From assembly GCA_032128115.1 (NCBI GenBank), contig JAQBHB010000093.1, positions 32,001 through 96,000 on the forward strand: 64,000 nt of DNA, written 5' to 3'. Shown in pieces: positions 18,795-29,291 of the stretch; the first letter of the stretch is position 1; every line of letters starts with the position of its first letter. The stretch is from Deltaproteobacteria bacterium (GTDB lineage: Bacteria; Myxococcota_A; UBA9160; SMWR01). The notes beneath the pieces were generated by a model, which had not been told where the DNA came from, made no database searches, and was given only the letters and a program-made list of their open reading frames with translations. The position numbers and the translations under genes are program-made.

Positions 18795-19436
18795 GTGGCA
18801 TCCGCAGCTGCATCCGAAGCCGGCGATACGGCTTCCCGCGCCGAATACCAGCGCCTGGTGGACGCGGGCGACGTCATCTTCGCCGAGGGTGACCCGGGCG
18901 ATCACCTGTACGTGATCCGGAGAGGCGAGGTGGAGCTCTCCCGGATGAGCTCGGATGGAGAGCAACCCCTGGCCCGGCTGGGGCCCGGAGACTTCTTCGG
19001 AGAGCTGGGGGTGGTGCTCGGCGAGCCGCTGCCCATGCGCGCCACCGCCGTCAAGCGCACCATCCTGCTCAAGCTCGACCGCGAAACCCTCGAATCCATG
19101 TGCATGGCCCAGCCCGAGATCGGGATCCGCATGATCCGGGTGCTGGCCTCCCGCCTGATCCAGTCGGAGCGCAAGCTCTGGGCCCTGGCGGCAGACGCCC
19201 AGGTGCGGCCGGTGGTCCGCGCGCTGTTGCGCCATGCCCTGCCCGCCGAGGGAGGCAAGGGCATCATGATTCCCCTCAGCCTGCGGAACCTGGCGGAGGA
19301 GGCGGGCCTCTCCATGATCGCGGCCTATCGGGGGCTGCACCGGCTCCTGGACCGGAAGCTGGTGAAGCTGACGGACGATTGCCTTCACGCCCCGGACGTG
19401 GAGGCCCTTTCGGCCGCCGTCGACAGGCCGGATTAG
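18795..19436 (+). CDS. Crp/Fnr-family cNMP-binding regulator
   Basis: IFAEGDPGDHLYVI..GEV, GDFFGE; C-terminal HTH-like LRNLAEEAGLS. Confidence 0.85.
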   Translation: MASAAASEAGDTASRAEYQRLVDAGDVIFAEGDPGDHLYVIRRGEVELSRMSSDGEQPLARLGPGDFFGELGVVLGEPLPMRATAVKRTILLKLDRETLESMCMAQPEIGIRMIRVLASRLIQSERKLWALAADAQVRPVVRALLRHALPAEGGKGIMIPLSLRNLAEEAGLSMIAAYRGLHRLLDRKLVKLTDDCLHAPDVEALSAAVDRPD

Positions 19437-19469
19437 CGCCCGGTCCCCTGGTTTCCCGGGGGGCCCCTC

Positions 19470-19502
19470 CAGTTCCCATTCAGCTCCCATTCAGCTCCCA
19501 TT
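19470..19502. repeat. 11-bp tandem repeat x3 (CAG[T/C]TCCCATT)
   Basis: Seen directly in the intergenic DNA upstream of lptD. Confidence 0.85.
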
Positions 19503-19532
19503 CGTTGACCCCGCGGGAATGCCTTTGATAGC

Positions 19533-21995
19533 GTGGCTGCCCGTCTCGGGGTTGGGGGGCGTTTGACACGGATCGCTGCGACATGGGTCGCACTCGCCGC
19601 CGTGGCGGTTGCGGCCCCCGGGATCGCGGCCGTCGAGGCGCCCGACGAGTCCAGCGCCCCCGCCTACCAGCTCACCTGCGAGTCGCTCGAGTACGTCCCC
19701 GCCGACAAGATCTTCGTCGCCCGCGGCTCGGTGGTGCTGCGCCAGGGCGATCGCGTGCTCACCTCCGATTGGATGACATTCAGCAATGCGACCCGTCGCG
19801 GTGTCGCCAGTGGCAACGTGGTCTTGCGCGAGGGCGACGATGTCCTGCGGGCCCAGTTCATCGCGTTCGACACGCGGGATCTGACCGGCATCGTGTTCGA
19901 GGGGAGCTTCGTCGGCGATGGAGTCTTCCAGCTGTCGGGCGCCGAGATCCGCAAGACCGGAGACGACACCTACGGCTTCGAGAAGGGTGTGTTCACCTCG
20001 TGCCAGTGCGACGACCCCGAGGCGACGGATCCGTGGACGATCAAGGCCGACACTGCCGACCTGGAGGTAGGTGGCTACGGCACCGCGCGCAATACCACCT
20101 TCGAGGTGCTTGGGGTTCCCGCCGTGTGGTTCCCCTGGATGATCTACCCGCTGAAAACGGAACGCCAGACGGGGTTCCTGCTGCCGTCGATCGGGTACTC
20201 GAGCGGGGGCGCCGAGCTGGGCCTGCCGTTCTTCTGGGCCGCGCGCGACCAACTCAACGTGACCCTCACGCCGGTCTGGTACTCCAGCCGGGGATTCCAG
20301 GGCAATGCGGAGTTCGACTACGTGTACGGTCAGGACTCCCGGGGTGACCTATTCGGCTCCTACATCAATGACCAGGACCTCAACCCCAACACCGGCCCCA
20401 CGCCGTACGACCGCAATCGCTGGCTCGCCATGGGCACACAGGACGCCCAGCTGCCGGGCCGCTTCCGCGCCAAGGCCGACTTCAAACTGTTCTCGGACAA
20501 CGATTATCCAGGGGATTTCGTTCCGGCGAGCCGATACCGGTTCGATCGCTACGTGGAGTCGGTGGGCTTCGTGGGGGGTGCCCTGGGGAGCGCTGGCCGT
20601 CTGGGCTTGAGTGCCGCCATCGAGTGGGCCGACGACCTGCAGGCCCCGGACGACACGGACCGGGATCCGTATCTGCTGCAGCGTCTTCCCACCAGCCAGC
20701 TCACCGTATTGCCCACCCCGTTGCGCGGCGCCCGCTTCTTCGTGCCGGCCCTGGATGCCGAGTACACCTATTTCCATCCGCGCAAGAACCCGGCGGGACG
20801 GCTGCCGTCAGCGGCCGGCACCGATGCCAGCGGCGCGCTCTTCTACGACACCGGAGCCGACGGCATGTTCGACGTGGACGAGCGCAACGCCGCGGGCATG
20901 AAGGTCGGTGTGGACAACCACATGGACAACCTGGGTGCGGGAACGGGTCGCCAGGTAACCGAGCTGGACTCGCTGTTCCAGGAGGGCGAGCCCCTGGATG
21001 ACTGGGGCCATCGTCTCCGGATCTCCCCCCGCCTGGGGATGCCCTTTCGTCTGGGCGGCGTGGCGGAGCTGTATCCCGAGGTGTCGTGGTACGAGACGCT
21101 CTACGACAGCAACAAGAAGGGTTTCGAGTCCAGGGGCCTGTTCACGGCGCGGGCCGACCTTCGAACCCGCCTGCGCCGCCGCTTCGACAACGGCGTCACC
21201 CATGTGATGGAGCCCCGCCTGAGCTACGCGCTGGTCACCCAGACGGGGCAATCCGGCGACCCCTTCTTCGTGCCCAACACCGCCATCCCCCAGGAACGTC
21301 TGCGCGAGCTCGATCTCGAGAACGTGGTGCGCGACCCGGCCGACCGGATCTCGCGCTTCAACGGAATCACCCTGGGCCTGGGCAACCGCTTCTTCGCGGC
21401 GCCAACCGACCGGGAGGGCCCGCGGTTGCTTGCGGATTTCTCGCTCTCGGCGGGCTACGAGTTCTACTCCCAGGACTTCGCGGCGATCTACCTGGACGGG
21501 CGCACGTTCCCCATGAAAAACCTGGAGGGCCGCGTCAGCGTGGGCTTCGATCCGAAGTCGGTGCAGCTGGACGAGGCCCTGGCGGAGATGATCTGGAACT
21601 TCGACCGGGGCTACGCGGCCGTTGGCTACCGCTATCTGCGCGACGTGCCCAACGTGTACGAGAACTTCCTGTCGGCCGACCGCTTCAGCGAGTTCTCGAG
21701 CTTTCGGCGGGTCAGCCAGCTGGACACCAACCTCCGCTACCAGCTCGGCCAGAGCTGGGCCCTGACCTACCAGCTCTACTACCAGATCGACGGCTCGTTC
21801 CTGGTCGACAACACGGGAGGCGTCGAATACACCTCGAAATGCGGCTGCTGGTCCATGCGGCTCGAAGGGGGCTGGGACCGCTCGGGCGGGGTGCAGGTGG
21901 GGCTCTTCTACACGCTCACTGGCCTGGGGAGTGACCAGAGCCGCGTCCAGGGCCGCCGCGCGGTGTTGCTTGACGACGTGCGAGGCGTGCGATAA
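19533..21995 (+). CDS. lptD: LPS-assembly outer-membrane protein LptD
   Basis: OstA-like N-terminal jellyroll (ARGSVVLRQGD), FTSC, RQTGFLLP, LPFFW, C-terminal barrel with CGCW. Confidence 0.85.
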   Translation: MAARLGVGGRLTRIAATWVALAAVAVAAPGIAAVEAPDESSAPAYQLTCESLEYVPADKIFVARGSVVLRQGDRVLTSDWMTFSNATRRGVASGNVVLREGDDVLRAQFIAFDTRDLTGIVFEGSFVGDGVFQLSGAEIRKTGDDTYGFEKGVFTSCQCDDPEATDPWTIKADTADLEVGGYGTARNTTFEVLGVPAVWFPWMIYPLKTERQTGFLLPSIGYSSGGAELGLPFFWAARDQLNVTLTPVWYSSRGFQGNAEFDYVYGQDSRGDLFGSYINDQDLNPNTGPTPYDRNRWLAMGTQDAQLPGRFRAKADFKLFSDNDYPGDFVPASRYRFDRYVESVGFVGGALGSAGRLGLSAAIEWADDLQAPDDTDRDPYLLQRLPTSQLTVLPTPLRGARFFVPALDAEYTYFHPRKNPAGRLPSAAGTDASGALFYDTGADGMFDVDERNAAGMKVGVDNHMDNLGAGTGRQVTELDSLFQEGEPLDDWGHRLRISPRLGMPFRLGGVAELYPEVSWYETLYDSNKKGFESRGLFTARADLRTRLRRRFDNGVTHVMEPRLSYALVTQTGQSGDPFFVPNTAIPQERLRELDLENVVRDPADRISRFNGITLGLGNRFFAAPTDREGPRLLADFSLSAGYEFYSQDFAAIYLDGRTFPMKNLEGRVSVGFDPKSVQLDEALAEMIWNFDRGYAAVGYRYLRDVPNVYENFLSADRFSEFSSFRRVSQLDTNLRYQLGQSWALTYQLYYQIDGSFLVDNTGGVEYTSKCGCWSMRLEGGWDRSGGVQVGLFYTLTGLGSDQSRVQGRRAVLLDDVRGVR

Positions 21996-22079
21996 CAAGC
22001 GGAAACTGCAAAGTTTTTCAACTTCCAGCGCGAGCCAGCAGACCGTGTAGACCCCGGTTCTGGCTCGCCAGAGGCCCCG

Positions 22080-23567
22080 GTGCTCCGCCCGTCCAAGGAA
22101 GCGTTCGAAGCGCTCGCGAAACGAGGGAACCTGATCCCCGTCGTTCGCGAGATGCTGGTCGATCTGGACACGCCGCTTTCGCTGTTCCGGCGCCTGGACG
22201 ACGGTCGCACCAGCTTCCTGTTCGAATCCGTGGAGGGGGGCGAGAAGTGGGCCCGCTACAGCTTCCTGGGCAGCGGGGCCAGGGCCATCTTCCGAGCCCG
22301 GGGCTCGGAGGTCGAGTGGGAGGAGGCGGGCCGGACCGAGCGGGTTCGGGTCACCGGCGACCCGCTGGAGTTCCTGCGCCAGAAGCTCTCGGAACTCCGG
22401 TGCGTGACCCCCGAAGAGGTCGAGCTTCCGCGCTTCCTGGGCGGAGCCGTGGGACGGGTGAGCTACGACTGGGTCCGCTTCGTGGAGAGGATTCCCGACG
22501 CGAACCCGGACGAGGTCGACATGCCCGACCTCTGGTTCGTGTTGCCCGAGACGGTGGTGGTGGTCGACAACGTTCGCCACACCGCCTACCTGGTGCGTCA
22601 CGTGCAGCTTGCGCCGGGCGCCGACAGCGACCTGCTGTTTCGCCAGGCCGTGGAGGCGCTCGAAGCCATGGTGCGAAGGCTGCGCCAGCCGCTCCCTGCC
22701 GAGGAGCCGGGTGTGCCGGTGCGCGCCCCCATGGACGTGCAGCGCAGCATGACGCGCGAGGCCTTTCACGAGATCGTCAAGAAGGCCAAGGACTACATCG
22801 AGGCCGGCGACATCTTCCAGGTGGTGCTGTCCCTGCAGTTCCGCATCCCGCTGCAGGTGGACCCGTTCACGATCTATCGGCACCTGCGCCTGATCAACCC
22901 GAGCCCCTATCTGTTCTTCCTGCGCTGCGAGGGACCGGTGGTGATCGGATCGTCGCCAGAGATCCTGGTGCGGCTGGAGGACGGCCGCGTGGACGTGCGG
23001 CCCATTGCCGGAACCCGCCGGCGCGGCCGCGACCAGGAGGAGGACGCGGCTCTCGAGCAGGAGCTGTTGGCCGACCCCAAGGAGTGCGCCGAGCATCTGA
23101 TGCTGGTGGACCTGGGCCGGAACGACGTGGGGCGGGTGGCCGAGACCGGCAGTGTCCACGTGAACGAGTTTTCCAATGTGGAGCGCTACTCCCACGTGAT
23201 GCACATCGTCTCGAACGTGCAGGGCCGCCTGCGATCGGGCCTCGACTGGCTGGATCTGCTGCGGGCCACGTTTCCCGCCGGCACCCTGTCGGGTGCCCCC
23301 AAGGTGCGCGCCATGGAGATCATCGACGAGCTCGAGACGCTCCGCCGCGGCCCCTACGGCGGCTGTGTGGGCTACATCGACTACTCCGGCAACATGGATA
23401 CGGCCATCGCCATTCGAACCATGCTGGTGAAGGATGGCGAGATCTTCCTCCGGACCGGTGCCGGGATCGTGGCCGACTCCGATCCGGATCTGGAGTTCGA
23501 CGAGTGCGTGAACAAGGCGCGCGCACTCGTCGAGGCCATCGACTTCGCCCGTGAGGGGATCGACTGA
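22080..23567 (+). CDS. trpE: Anthranilate synthase component I
   Basis: LFESVEGGEKWARYS, GDIFQVV, NPSPY, RPIAGT, EHLMLVDLGRND, FPAGTLSGAPK. Confidence 0.96.
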   Translation: MLRPSKEAFEALAKRGNLIPVVREMLVDLDTPLSLFRRLDDGRTSFLFESVEGGEKWARYSFLGSGARAIFRARGSEVEWEEAGRTERVRVTGDPLEFLRQKLSELRCVTPEEVELPRFLGGAVGRVSYDWVRFVERIPDANPDEVDMPDLWFVLPETVVVVDNVRHTAYLVRHVQLAPGADSDLLFRQAVEALEAMVRRLRQPLPAEEPGVPVRAPMDVQRSMTREAFHEIVKKAKDYIEAGDIFQVVLSLQFRIPLQVDPFTIYRHLRLINPSPYLFFLRCEGPVVIGSSPEILVRLEDGRVDVRPIAGTRRRGRDQEEDAALEQELLADPKECAEHLMLVDLGRNDVGRVAETGSVHVNEFSNVERYSHVMHIVSNVQGRLRSGLDWLDLLRATFPAGTLSGAPKVRAMEIIDELETLRRGPYGGCVGYIDYSGNMDTAIAIRTMLVKDGEIFLRTGAGIVADSDPDLEFDECVNKARALVEAIDFAREGID

Positions 23568-23592
23568 CCGGCTCGCCACCGGGGACGAAAGC

Positions 23593-24183
23593 ATGCGTCT
23601 CCTGATGATCGATAACTACGACTCCTTCACGTACAACCTCGTCCAGTACCTTGCGGAGTTGGGCGCGCACGTGGAGGTGGTGCGCAACGATGCCGCTCGA
23701 GCCGACGAGCTGCTGGATCGCGGCCCTTCCGGCGTGGTGATCTCGCCTGGCCCGGGACGCCCCGAGGACGCCGGCATCACGCTGGACACGGTGCGCGGCT
23801 GCGCGCAACGCGGGATTCCCCTGCTGGGAGTCTGCCTGGGACACCAGGCCATCGGGCTCGCCTATGGGGGGCGCATCGTGCGGGCCCGTTCGATCATGCA
23901 CGGCAAGGTGTCGAGCATCGATCACGACGGAGCCGGCGTATTTTGCGACCTGCCGTCTCCCATCCGGGCCACCCGCTACCACTCGCTGGTGATCGGGAGC
24001 GACGGGTTTCCCGACGTGCTGGAGGTGACCGCCCGGACCGCGGACGGCGAGATCATGGGCGTGCGGCACCGGGAGCAGCCCATCGAGGGTGTGCAGTTCC
24101 ATCCCGAGTCGATCCTGACCGAGGCGGGCAAGCCCCTGCTCCGGAACTTCCTGGCCCACTGTGGCGGCAATCCGGCGACATGA
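23593..24183 (+). CDS. trpG: Anthranilate synthase component II (glutamine amidotransferase)
   Basis: IDNYDSFTYNL, SPGPG, GVCLGHQ, QFHPES. Confidence 0.95.
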   Translation: MRLLMIDNYDSFTYNLVQYLAELGAHVEVVRNDAARADELLDRGPSGVVISPGPGRPEDAGITLDTVRGCAQRGIPLLGVCLGHQAIGLAYGGRIVRARSIMHGKVSSIDHDGAGVFCDLPSPIRATRYHSLVIGSDGFPDVLEVTARTADGEIMGVRHREQPIEGVQFHPESILTEAGKPLLRNFLAHCGGNPAT

Positions 24184-25193
24184 GCCTCCAGGAAGCGATC
24201 GAGGTGGCCGTGACCGGCGAGGAGGTCCCCAGCGACATCCTCGAATCCGCGTTCGAGGAGATCGTCGGGGGCAAGGCATCGGCCCTATCCATCGCTGCGC
24301 TGCTCGTGGCGTTGCGCACCCGCGGCGAGACCGTGGGCGAGATCGCGGCGGCGGCTCGGGTCCTGCGCGCCCACGCCGAGACGGCCGCGAGGCCCGATCC
24401 GCGCAGCGTGGACATCTGTGGCACCGGCGGCGATGGCATGCAGACCTTCAACATCTCCACCACGGCGGCTTTTGTCGTGGCGGGCGCGGGCGTGCCGGTG
24501 GCCAAGCACGGGAATCGTGCGGCCAGCAGCCGTAGCGGGAGCATCGACGTGCTGGAGGCGCTGGGGGTGGCGGTGGACCTGTCGGTCGAGGAGTCGGCCG
24601 CGATCCTGTCCGAGGTGGGAATCGCTCCGTTCTTCGCGCGGCGCGCCCACCCGGCCATGCGCTTCGTGGCCCGGGCGCGGGAGCAGCTGGGAATCCGCAC
24701 GATCATGAACTGCCTGGGGCCCCTGCTCAACCCAGTGGGCGTGCGCTTCCAACTGGTGGGCGTGTACGCCGCGAACCTGGTGGAGCCTCTGGCGATGGCG
24801 CTGGGCGAGCTGGGTGCCGAGCGCGCCCTGGTGGTGCACGGCTCGGATGGCATGGACGAGGTCACCACCACCGGCACCACCCTCGCCGCGCTCTGGGCCC
24901 GTGACCACGTGGACATGCTGGAGATCGATCCCGGCGACGTGGGCCTGCCGCGGTCGGTGCCGGGCTCGCTGCGCGGCGGAGACGTCCATGAGAATGCCAG
25001 GATCACCCGCGCCGTGCTCGCGGGCGAGACCGGTGCCCGCCGCGACATCGTCCTGATCAATGCCGCCGCCGCCCTGTGGGTCGCAGGCGCCTGCGCCGAC
25101 CTGGGCGAGGGTATGGAGCAGGCGCGCGAGAGCATCGATTCGGGTGCCGCCCGCCGTCGGCTCGATCAGCTGGTGGCGGCGGGGTCCCGGTGA
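24180..25193 (+). CDS. trpD: Anthranilate phosphoribosyltransferase
   Basis: DICGTGGDG, FNIST, KHGNRAASSRSGS. Confidence 0.96.
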   Translation: MSLQEAIEVAVTGEEVPSDILESAFEEIVGGKASALSIAALLVALRTRGETVGEIAAAARVLRAHAETAARPDPRSVDICGTGGDGMQTFNISTTAAFVVAGAGVPVAKHGNRAASSRSGSIDVLEALGVAVDLSVEESAAILSEVGIAPFFARRAHPAMRFVARAREQLGIRTIMNCLGPLLNPVGVRFQLVGVYAANLVEPLAMALGELGAERALVVHGSDGMDEVTTTGTTLAALWARDHVDMLEIDPGDVGLPRSVPGSLRGGDVHENARITRAVLAGETGARRDIVLINAAAALWVAGACADLGEGMEQARESIDSGAARRRLDQLVAAGSR

Positions 25194-26011
25194 GTGCGCC
25201 CGTGAACGAGTCTCCCGGTGGCCGCGTCGCCATTCTCGACGAGATCCTCGGCCACAAGCGTCGCGAGCTGAAAAGGGCGAGGGCGGCCGTTCCGGCCGGG
25301 GAGATGGAGCGGCGCGCGCGCGAGCGGGGGGAGCCGACGCGAGGCTTCCGGGAGGCCCTGCGCACGGCGCCGGCGCCCCGGGTGATCGCGGAGATCAAGC
25401 GGCGGTCTCCCAGCCGCGGGGAGATCCGTGCCGATTTCGACCCCGCGGCGTGTGCGCGGGCCTATGCTTCGGGCGGGGCGGCGGCGCTCTCGGTGCTGAC
25501 CGACGAGCACTACTTCGGTGGCCACCTGGACTTCCTGGCGGCCGCTCGCGGGCAGGTAGAGCTCCCGATCCTGCGCAAGGACTTCATCGTGGACCCCTAC
25601 CAGGTGGACGAGACCCGAGCCGGCGGAGCCGATGCGGTGCTCCTGATCGTGGCCGCGCTGTCGCCGGCCGACCTGCGCAGCCTGCGGGAGCGGGCGGTCG
25701 CCTGGGGCCTGGACGTCCTGATCGAGGTCCACGAGGAGTCCGAGATCCAGGTGGCTCTCGAGGCGGGTGCCGACCTGGTGGGCATCAACAACCGTGATCT
25801 CCGCAGCTTCCAGGTGGACCTGGGGGTGTGCGAGCGGCTGCTACCGAAGCTGCCGGAAGGGGTTCTGGCGGTGGCAGAAAGTGGCATCTTCTCGGCGGGC
25901 GATGTTACGCGTCTGGAGTCTGTGGGCGCGCACGCTTTCCTGGTCGGTGAAGCGTTGATGCGGGAACGCGACATCGGCCTCGCGCTACGTCGACTGAGGA
26001 GGACCTCGTGA
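25190..26011 (+). CDS. trpC: Indole-3-glycerol phosphate synthase
   Basis: IAEIKRRSPSRG, SVLTD, LRKDF, GINNRDL, VAESGI. Confidence 0.96.
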   Translation: MSAPVNESPGGRVAILDEILGHKRRELKRARAAVPAGEMERRARERGEPTRGFREALRTAPAPRVIAEIKRRSPSRGEIRADFDPAACARAYASGGAAALSVLTDEHYFGGHLDFLAAARGQVELPILRKDFIVDPYQVDETRAGGADAVLLIVAALSPADLRSLRERAVAWGLDVLIEVHEESEIQVALEAGADLVGINNRDLRSFQVDLGVCERLLPKLPEGVLAVAESGIFSAGDVTRLESVGAHAFLVGEALMRERDIGLALRRLRRTS

Positions 26012-26637
26012 GCGGTCATATCCGGGTCAAGATCTGCGGGATCACACATCCCGACGACGCGCAGGCGGCGGTGGACGCCGGTGCGGATCTGATCGGGCTG
26101 AATTTCGTGCCGGGATCTCCCCGCGAGCTGCAGATCAAGGCGGCCGTGGAGATCGCCGACCGTGTGGCGGGTCAGGTGGAACGGGTGGCGATCTTCTGCG
26201 ATGCCACGCCCGATGAAGTGGAACGGGTGTTGCGCCGTGTCGAGCTGGAACGCATCCAGTTCCACGGGAGCGAGTCCGAGGAGGATGTGGAAGCCGTCGA
26301 CCTGCCCGTGATCAAGTCCATCCGGGGCGCCGATGCGCAAGCCGCCGAAGCGTATCCGGGCACGCTCCTGTTGCTGGATCACCCATCCGGACCCGCCGGC
26401 AGCGGCCAGGCCTGGAGGTGGATCGAATCCCTGCCCCTGATCGAGCAGGGGCACGACGTGATCCTGGCGGGCGGTCTGGATCCGGACAACGTGGCAGCCG
26501 TCCTGGGAGAGTTCGAGGACATGCTGCCCTGGGGTGTAGACGTTGCCACCGGTGTCGAGGGTGACGCACCGCGCAAGGACGCGGCGCGGATCGCGGCCTT
26601 CGTGGAAGCGGTGCGCAAGGCCGAGGTGAGCGAGTGA
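26008..26637 (+). CDS. trpF: Phosphoribosylanthranilate isomerase
   Basis: [26 protein letters not shown]. Confidence 0.95.
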   Translation: MSGHIRVKICGITHPDDAQAAVDAGADLIGLNFVPGSPRELQIKAAVEIADRVAGQVERVAIFCDATPDEVERVLRRVELERIQFHGSESEEDVEAVDLPVIKSIRGADAQAAEAYPGTLLLLDHPSGPAGSGQAWRWIESLPLIEQGHDVILAGGLDPDNVAAVLGEFEDMLPWGVDVATGVEGDAPRKDAARIAAFVEAVRKAEVSE

Positions 26638-27839
26638 AGAGCGAGGCGGACGAGCACGGACACTTCGGCGAGTACGGCGGCCGGTACGTGCCGGAGACGC
26701 TGGTGGCGGCGCTCGACGAGCTGCGAGAGGCCTACCCCCGGATCTCGGCAACCGCCGTGTTTCGCGCCGAGCTGGACGATCTGCTCGCCCGCTACGTCGG
26801 GCGCCCCACGCCACTCACCGAGGCGCGGCGCATGACCGCCGACCTGGGCGGCGCCCGCGTGTTCCTCAAGCGCGAGGACCTGGCCCACACCGGCGCCCAC
26901 AAGATCAACAATGTGCTTGGGCAGTGCCTGCTGGCGCGCCACATGGGCAAGCGCCGGGTGATCGCCGAGACCGGAGCCGGACAACACGGCGTGGCCACGG
27001 CCACGGCCTGCGCCCTCATGGACCTCGAGTGCGAGGTCTACATGGGGGAGGAGGACATCCGGCGTCAGGAGCTCAACCTCTTCCGCATGGAGCTGCTCGG
27101 CGCTCGGGTGATTCCGGTGACCAGCGGGTCGCGCACGCTCAAGGACGCCACCAACGAGGCGCTCCGCGATTGGGTGACCCATGTGGAGACCACCTACTAC
27201 TGCATCGGCTCGGTGATGGGGCCGCACCCCTACCCCACGCTCGTGCGCAACTTCCAGCGGGTCATCGGTCTGGAGACCCGCGATCAGATCCTGGCCGCCG
27301 CGGGCCGCCTGCCCGACGTGTTGATGGCCTGCATCGGCGGCGGTTCGAACGCCCTGGGCCTGTTCCATCCGTTCCTGGCGGACGGCGACGTGCGCATGAT
27401 CGGAGTCGAGGCGGCCGGGGAGGGCATCGAGACCGGCCGTCACGGTGCCGCGCTCTGCAGTGGGGTTTCCGGCGTGTTGCACGGCATGCGCAGCCTGCTG
27501 CTCTCGGATGACGACGGACAGATCTTTCCCGCCCACTCGATCTCGGCGGGTCTCGACTATCCCAGCGTGGGCCCGGAACACGCCTCGCTTCGCGACCGGG
27601 GTCGCGCCGAATATGTGTCCGTCAGCGACGAGGAGGCGTTGGACGCGTTCCAGTACCTGTCGCGGCTCGAGGGCATCATCCCCGCGCTCGAATCGGCGCA
27701 CGCGGTGGCGTATGCGCGCAAGTTCGTGCCCGGATTGCCCGCCGAATCCCTGGTGGTGATCAACCTCTCGGGGCGGGGCGACAAGGATGCGCCCCTGGTT
27801 CGCGAGTTGCTCGCGGCGCGCGAGGCCGGGAAGCACTGA
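26634..27839 (+). CDS. trpB: Tryptophan synthase beta chain
   Basis: [46 protein letters not shown]. Confidence 0.98.
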   Translation: MKSEADEHGHFGEYGGRYVPETLVAALDELREAYPRISATAVFRAELDDLLARYVGRPTPLTEARRMTADLGGARVFLKREDLAHTGAHKINNVLGQCLLARHMGKRRVIAETGAGQHGVATATACALMDLECEVYMGEEDIRRQELNLFRMELLGARVIPVTSGSRTLKDATNEALRDWVTHVETTYYCIGSVMGPHPYPTLVRNFQRVIGLETRDQILAAAGRLPDVLMACIGGGSNALGLFHPFLADGDVRMIGVEAAGEGIETGRHGAALCSGVSGVLHGMRSLLLSDDDGQIFPAHSISAGLDYPSVGPEHASLRDRGRAEYVSVSDEEALDAFQYLSRLEGIIPALESAHAVAYARKFVPGLPAESLVVINLSGRGDKDAPLVRELLAAREAGKH

Positions 27840-28642
27840 TGAGCCGTCTCGCCGGGTGTTTCGCCGCGCTTCGAGCGCGCGGCGAACGCGCCTTGATTCC
27901 CTTCGTGACCGCGGGAGACCCGGACCTGGGCACCACCGCAGAGCTGGTGCTTGCGCTGGCGGATGCGGGCGCCGATGCCATCGAACTCGGCGTTCCGTTC
28001 TCGGATCCGATGGCCGATGGCCCCACCATCCAGAGGGCCAGCGAGCGTGCCCTGCGCTCGGGCGCGTCGTTGCGCCGGGTGCTGGAGCTGGTCAAGGGAT
28101 TGCGGCCGCAAACCGAGATTCCCGTGATCCTGATGGGTTACGCCAACTCGTTCTACACCCTGGGCGTCGACGCGTTCGCCGAGGGCGCGCGCGAGGCCGG
28201 GGTCGACGGGCTGATCTGTGTCGACCTGCCGCCGGAAGAGGGCGAAGACCTGTTTGGCGCGGCGCGTCGCTGCGGCATCGACCCGGTGCTGCTGGCGGCG
28301 CCCACGACCCGGCCCGAACGCCTGGCCATGTTGGCGGACCAGACCCGGGGCTTCCTCTATTACGTGTCGCTCACCGGAGTGACCAGCGCACGGGCCCGCG
28401 TGGGACAGGGCGTGGAAGCGGCGGTCCGGCAGCTGCGGAACATTTCCGAGATCCCGGTGTGTGTGGGCTTCGGGGTTTCGAAGCCCGAGCACGCGGCGGA
28501 GATCGGGGCCTACGCCGATGGCGTGGTGGTGGGGAGTGCCCTGATCGACCGCCTGGAGAGGGCGAGCAGCCGCGAGTCGGCCATCAGCGATGCCGCGTCG
28601 TTCGTGGCGGCCCTCAAGCAGCCGCTTCGCGCCCGGCCGTAG
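27839..28642 (+). CDS. trpA: Tryptophan synthase alpha chain
   Basis: IELGVPFSDPMADGPTIQ, YYVSLTGVT, VGFGV, DGVVVGSA. Confidence 0.97.
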   Translation: MSRLAGCFAALRARGERALIPFVTAGDPDLGTTAELVLALADAGADAIELGVPFSDPMADGPTIQRASERALRSGASLRRVLELVKGLRPQTEIPVILMGYANSFYTLGVDAFAEGAREAGVDGLICVDLPPEEGEDLFGAARRCGIDPVLLAAPTTRPERLAMLADQTRGFLYYVSLTGVTSARARVGQGVEAAVRQLRNISEIPVCVGFGVSKPEHAAEIGAYADGVVVGSALIDRLERASSRESAISDAASFVAALKQPLRARP

Positions 28643-29267
28643 GATCGTCCTCGCCGGTCAGTTGGGCGTAGAGTTCCCGCACCTGGCGCAAGGTCGCCTC
28701 CGGGGTGCCTGCGTTGTCGATCACGTGGTCTGCCAGCTGCTTCTTGTCCTCTATGGGCATCTGGGAGGCGATGCGGCGCAGGGCCTCCTCCCGGTCGCAG
28801 CCGTCGCGGGCCATCTGTCGGCTCACCTGGATCTCGGGGGGCACGTAGACGAGCACGCTGGCGTCGACGCCCAACTGGGCGGCACTTCCCGTGCCCGCGG
28901 CGCGCCCTTCGAAGAGCAGGGGGATGTCGAGCACGACAAGCGGTGCGCCGGCATCGCGGGCGGCGGCGGTGCGCCGCGCCATCTCGGCGCCCACCGGGGG
29001 GTGCACGATGCGTCCCAGCAGCTCACGCGCAGCCGGGTCGCGGAAGACCAGCGCGCCCAGGGCAACCCGGTCCAGGCTGCCGTCGGCCGCCTGGACGTCC
29101 GGACCGAAGGCCCGGACGATCTCGTCCAGAACCGGGCTGCCGGGTGCCTGGAGTTCGTGCACGATGGCGTCGGCGTCCACCAGCACGGCACCCAGGGCCA
29201 CGAGCTGCCTGGCCACGCTGCTCTTGCCCGAGGCGATGCCCCCCGACAACCCGACGATCCGCGTCAC
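28614..29267 (-). CDS. coaE: Dephospho-CoA kinase
   Basis: VGLSGGIASGKS, DAD, LDRVALG, IVHP, DIPLLFE, SQMP. Confidence 0.95.
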   Translation of the reverse strand: MTRIVGLSGGIASGKSSVARQLVALGAVLVDADAIVHELQAPGSPVLDEIVRAFGPDVQAADGSLDRVALGALVFRDPAARELLGRIVHPPVGAEMARRTAAARDAGAPLVVLDIPLLFEGRAAGTGSAAQLGVDASVLVYVPPEIQVSRQMARDGCDREEALRRIASQMPIEDKKQLADHVIDNAGTPEATLRQVRELYAQLTGEDDPTAGREAAA

Positions 29268-29291
29268 CCGGGCAGCATACAGCGATCTCGA

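Noticed and set aside
21996..22079. trpL attenuator peptide
   Set aside because: No short ORF with Trp codons and no U-rich terminator.
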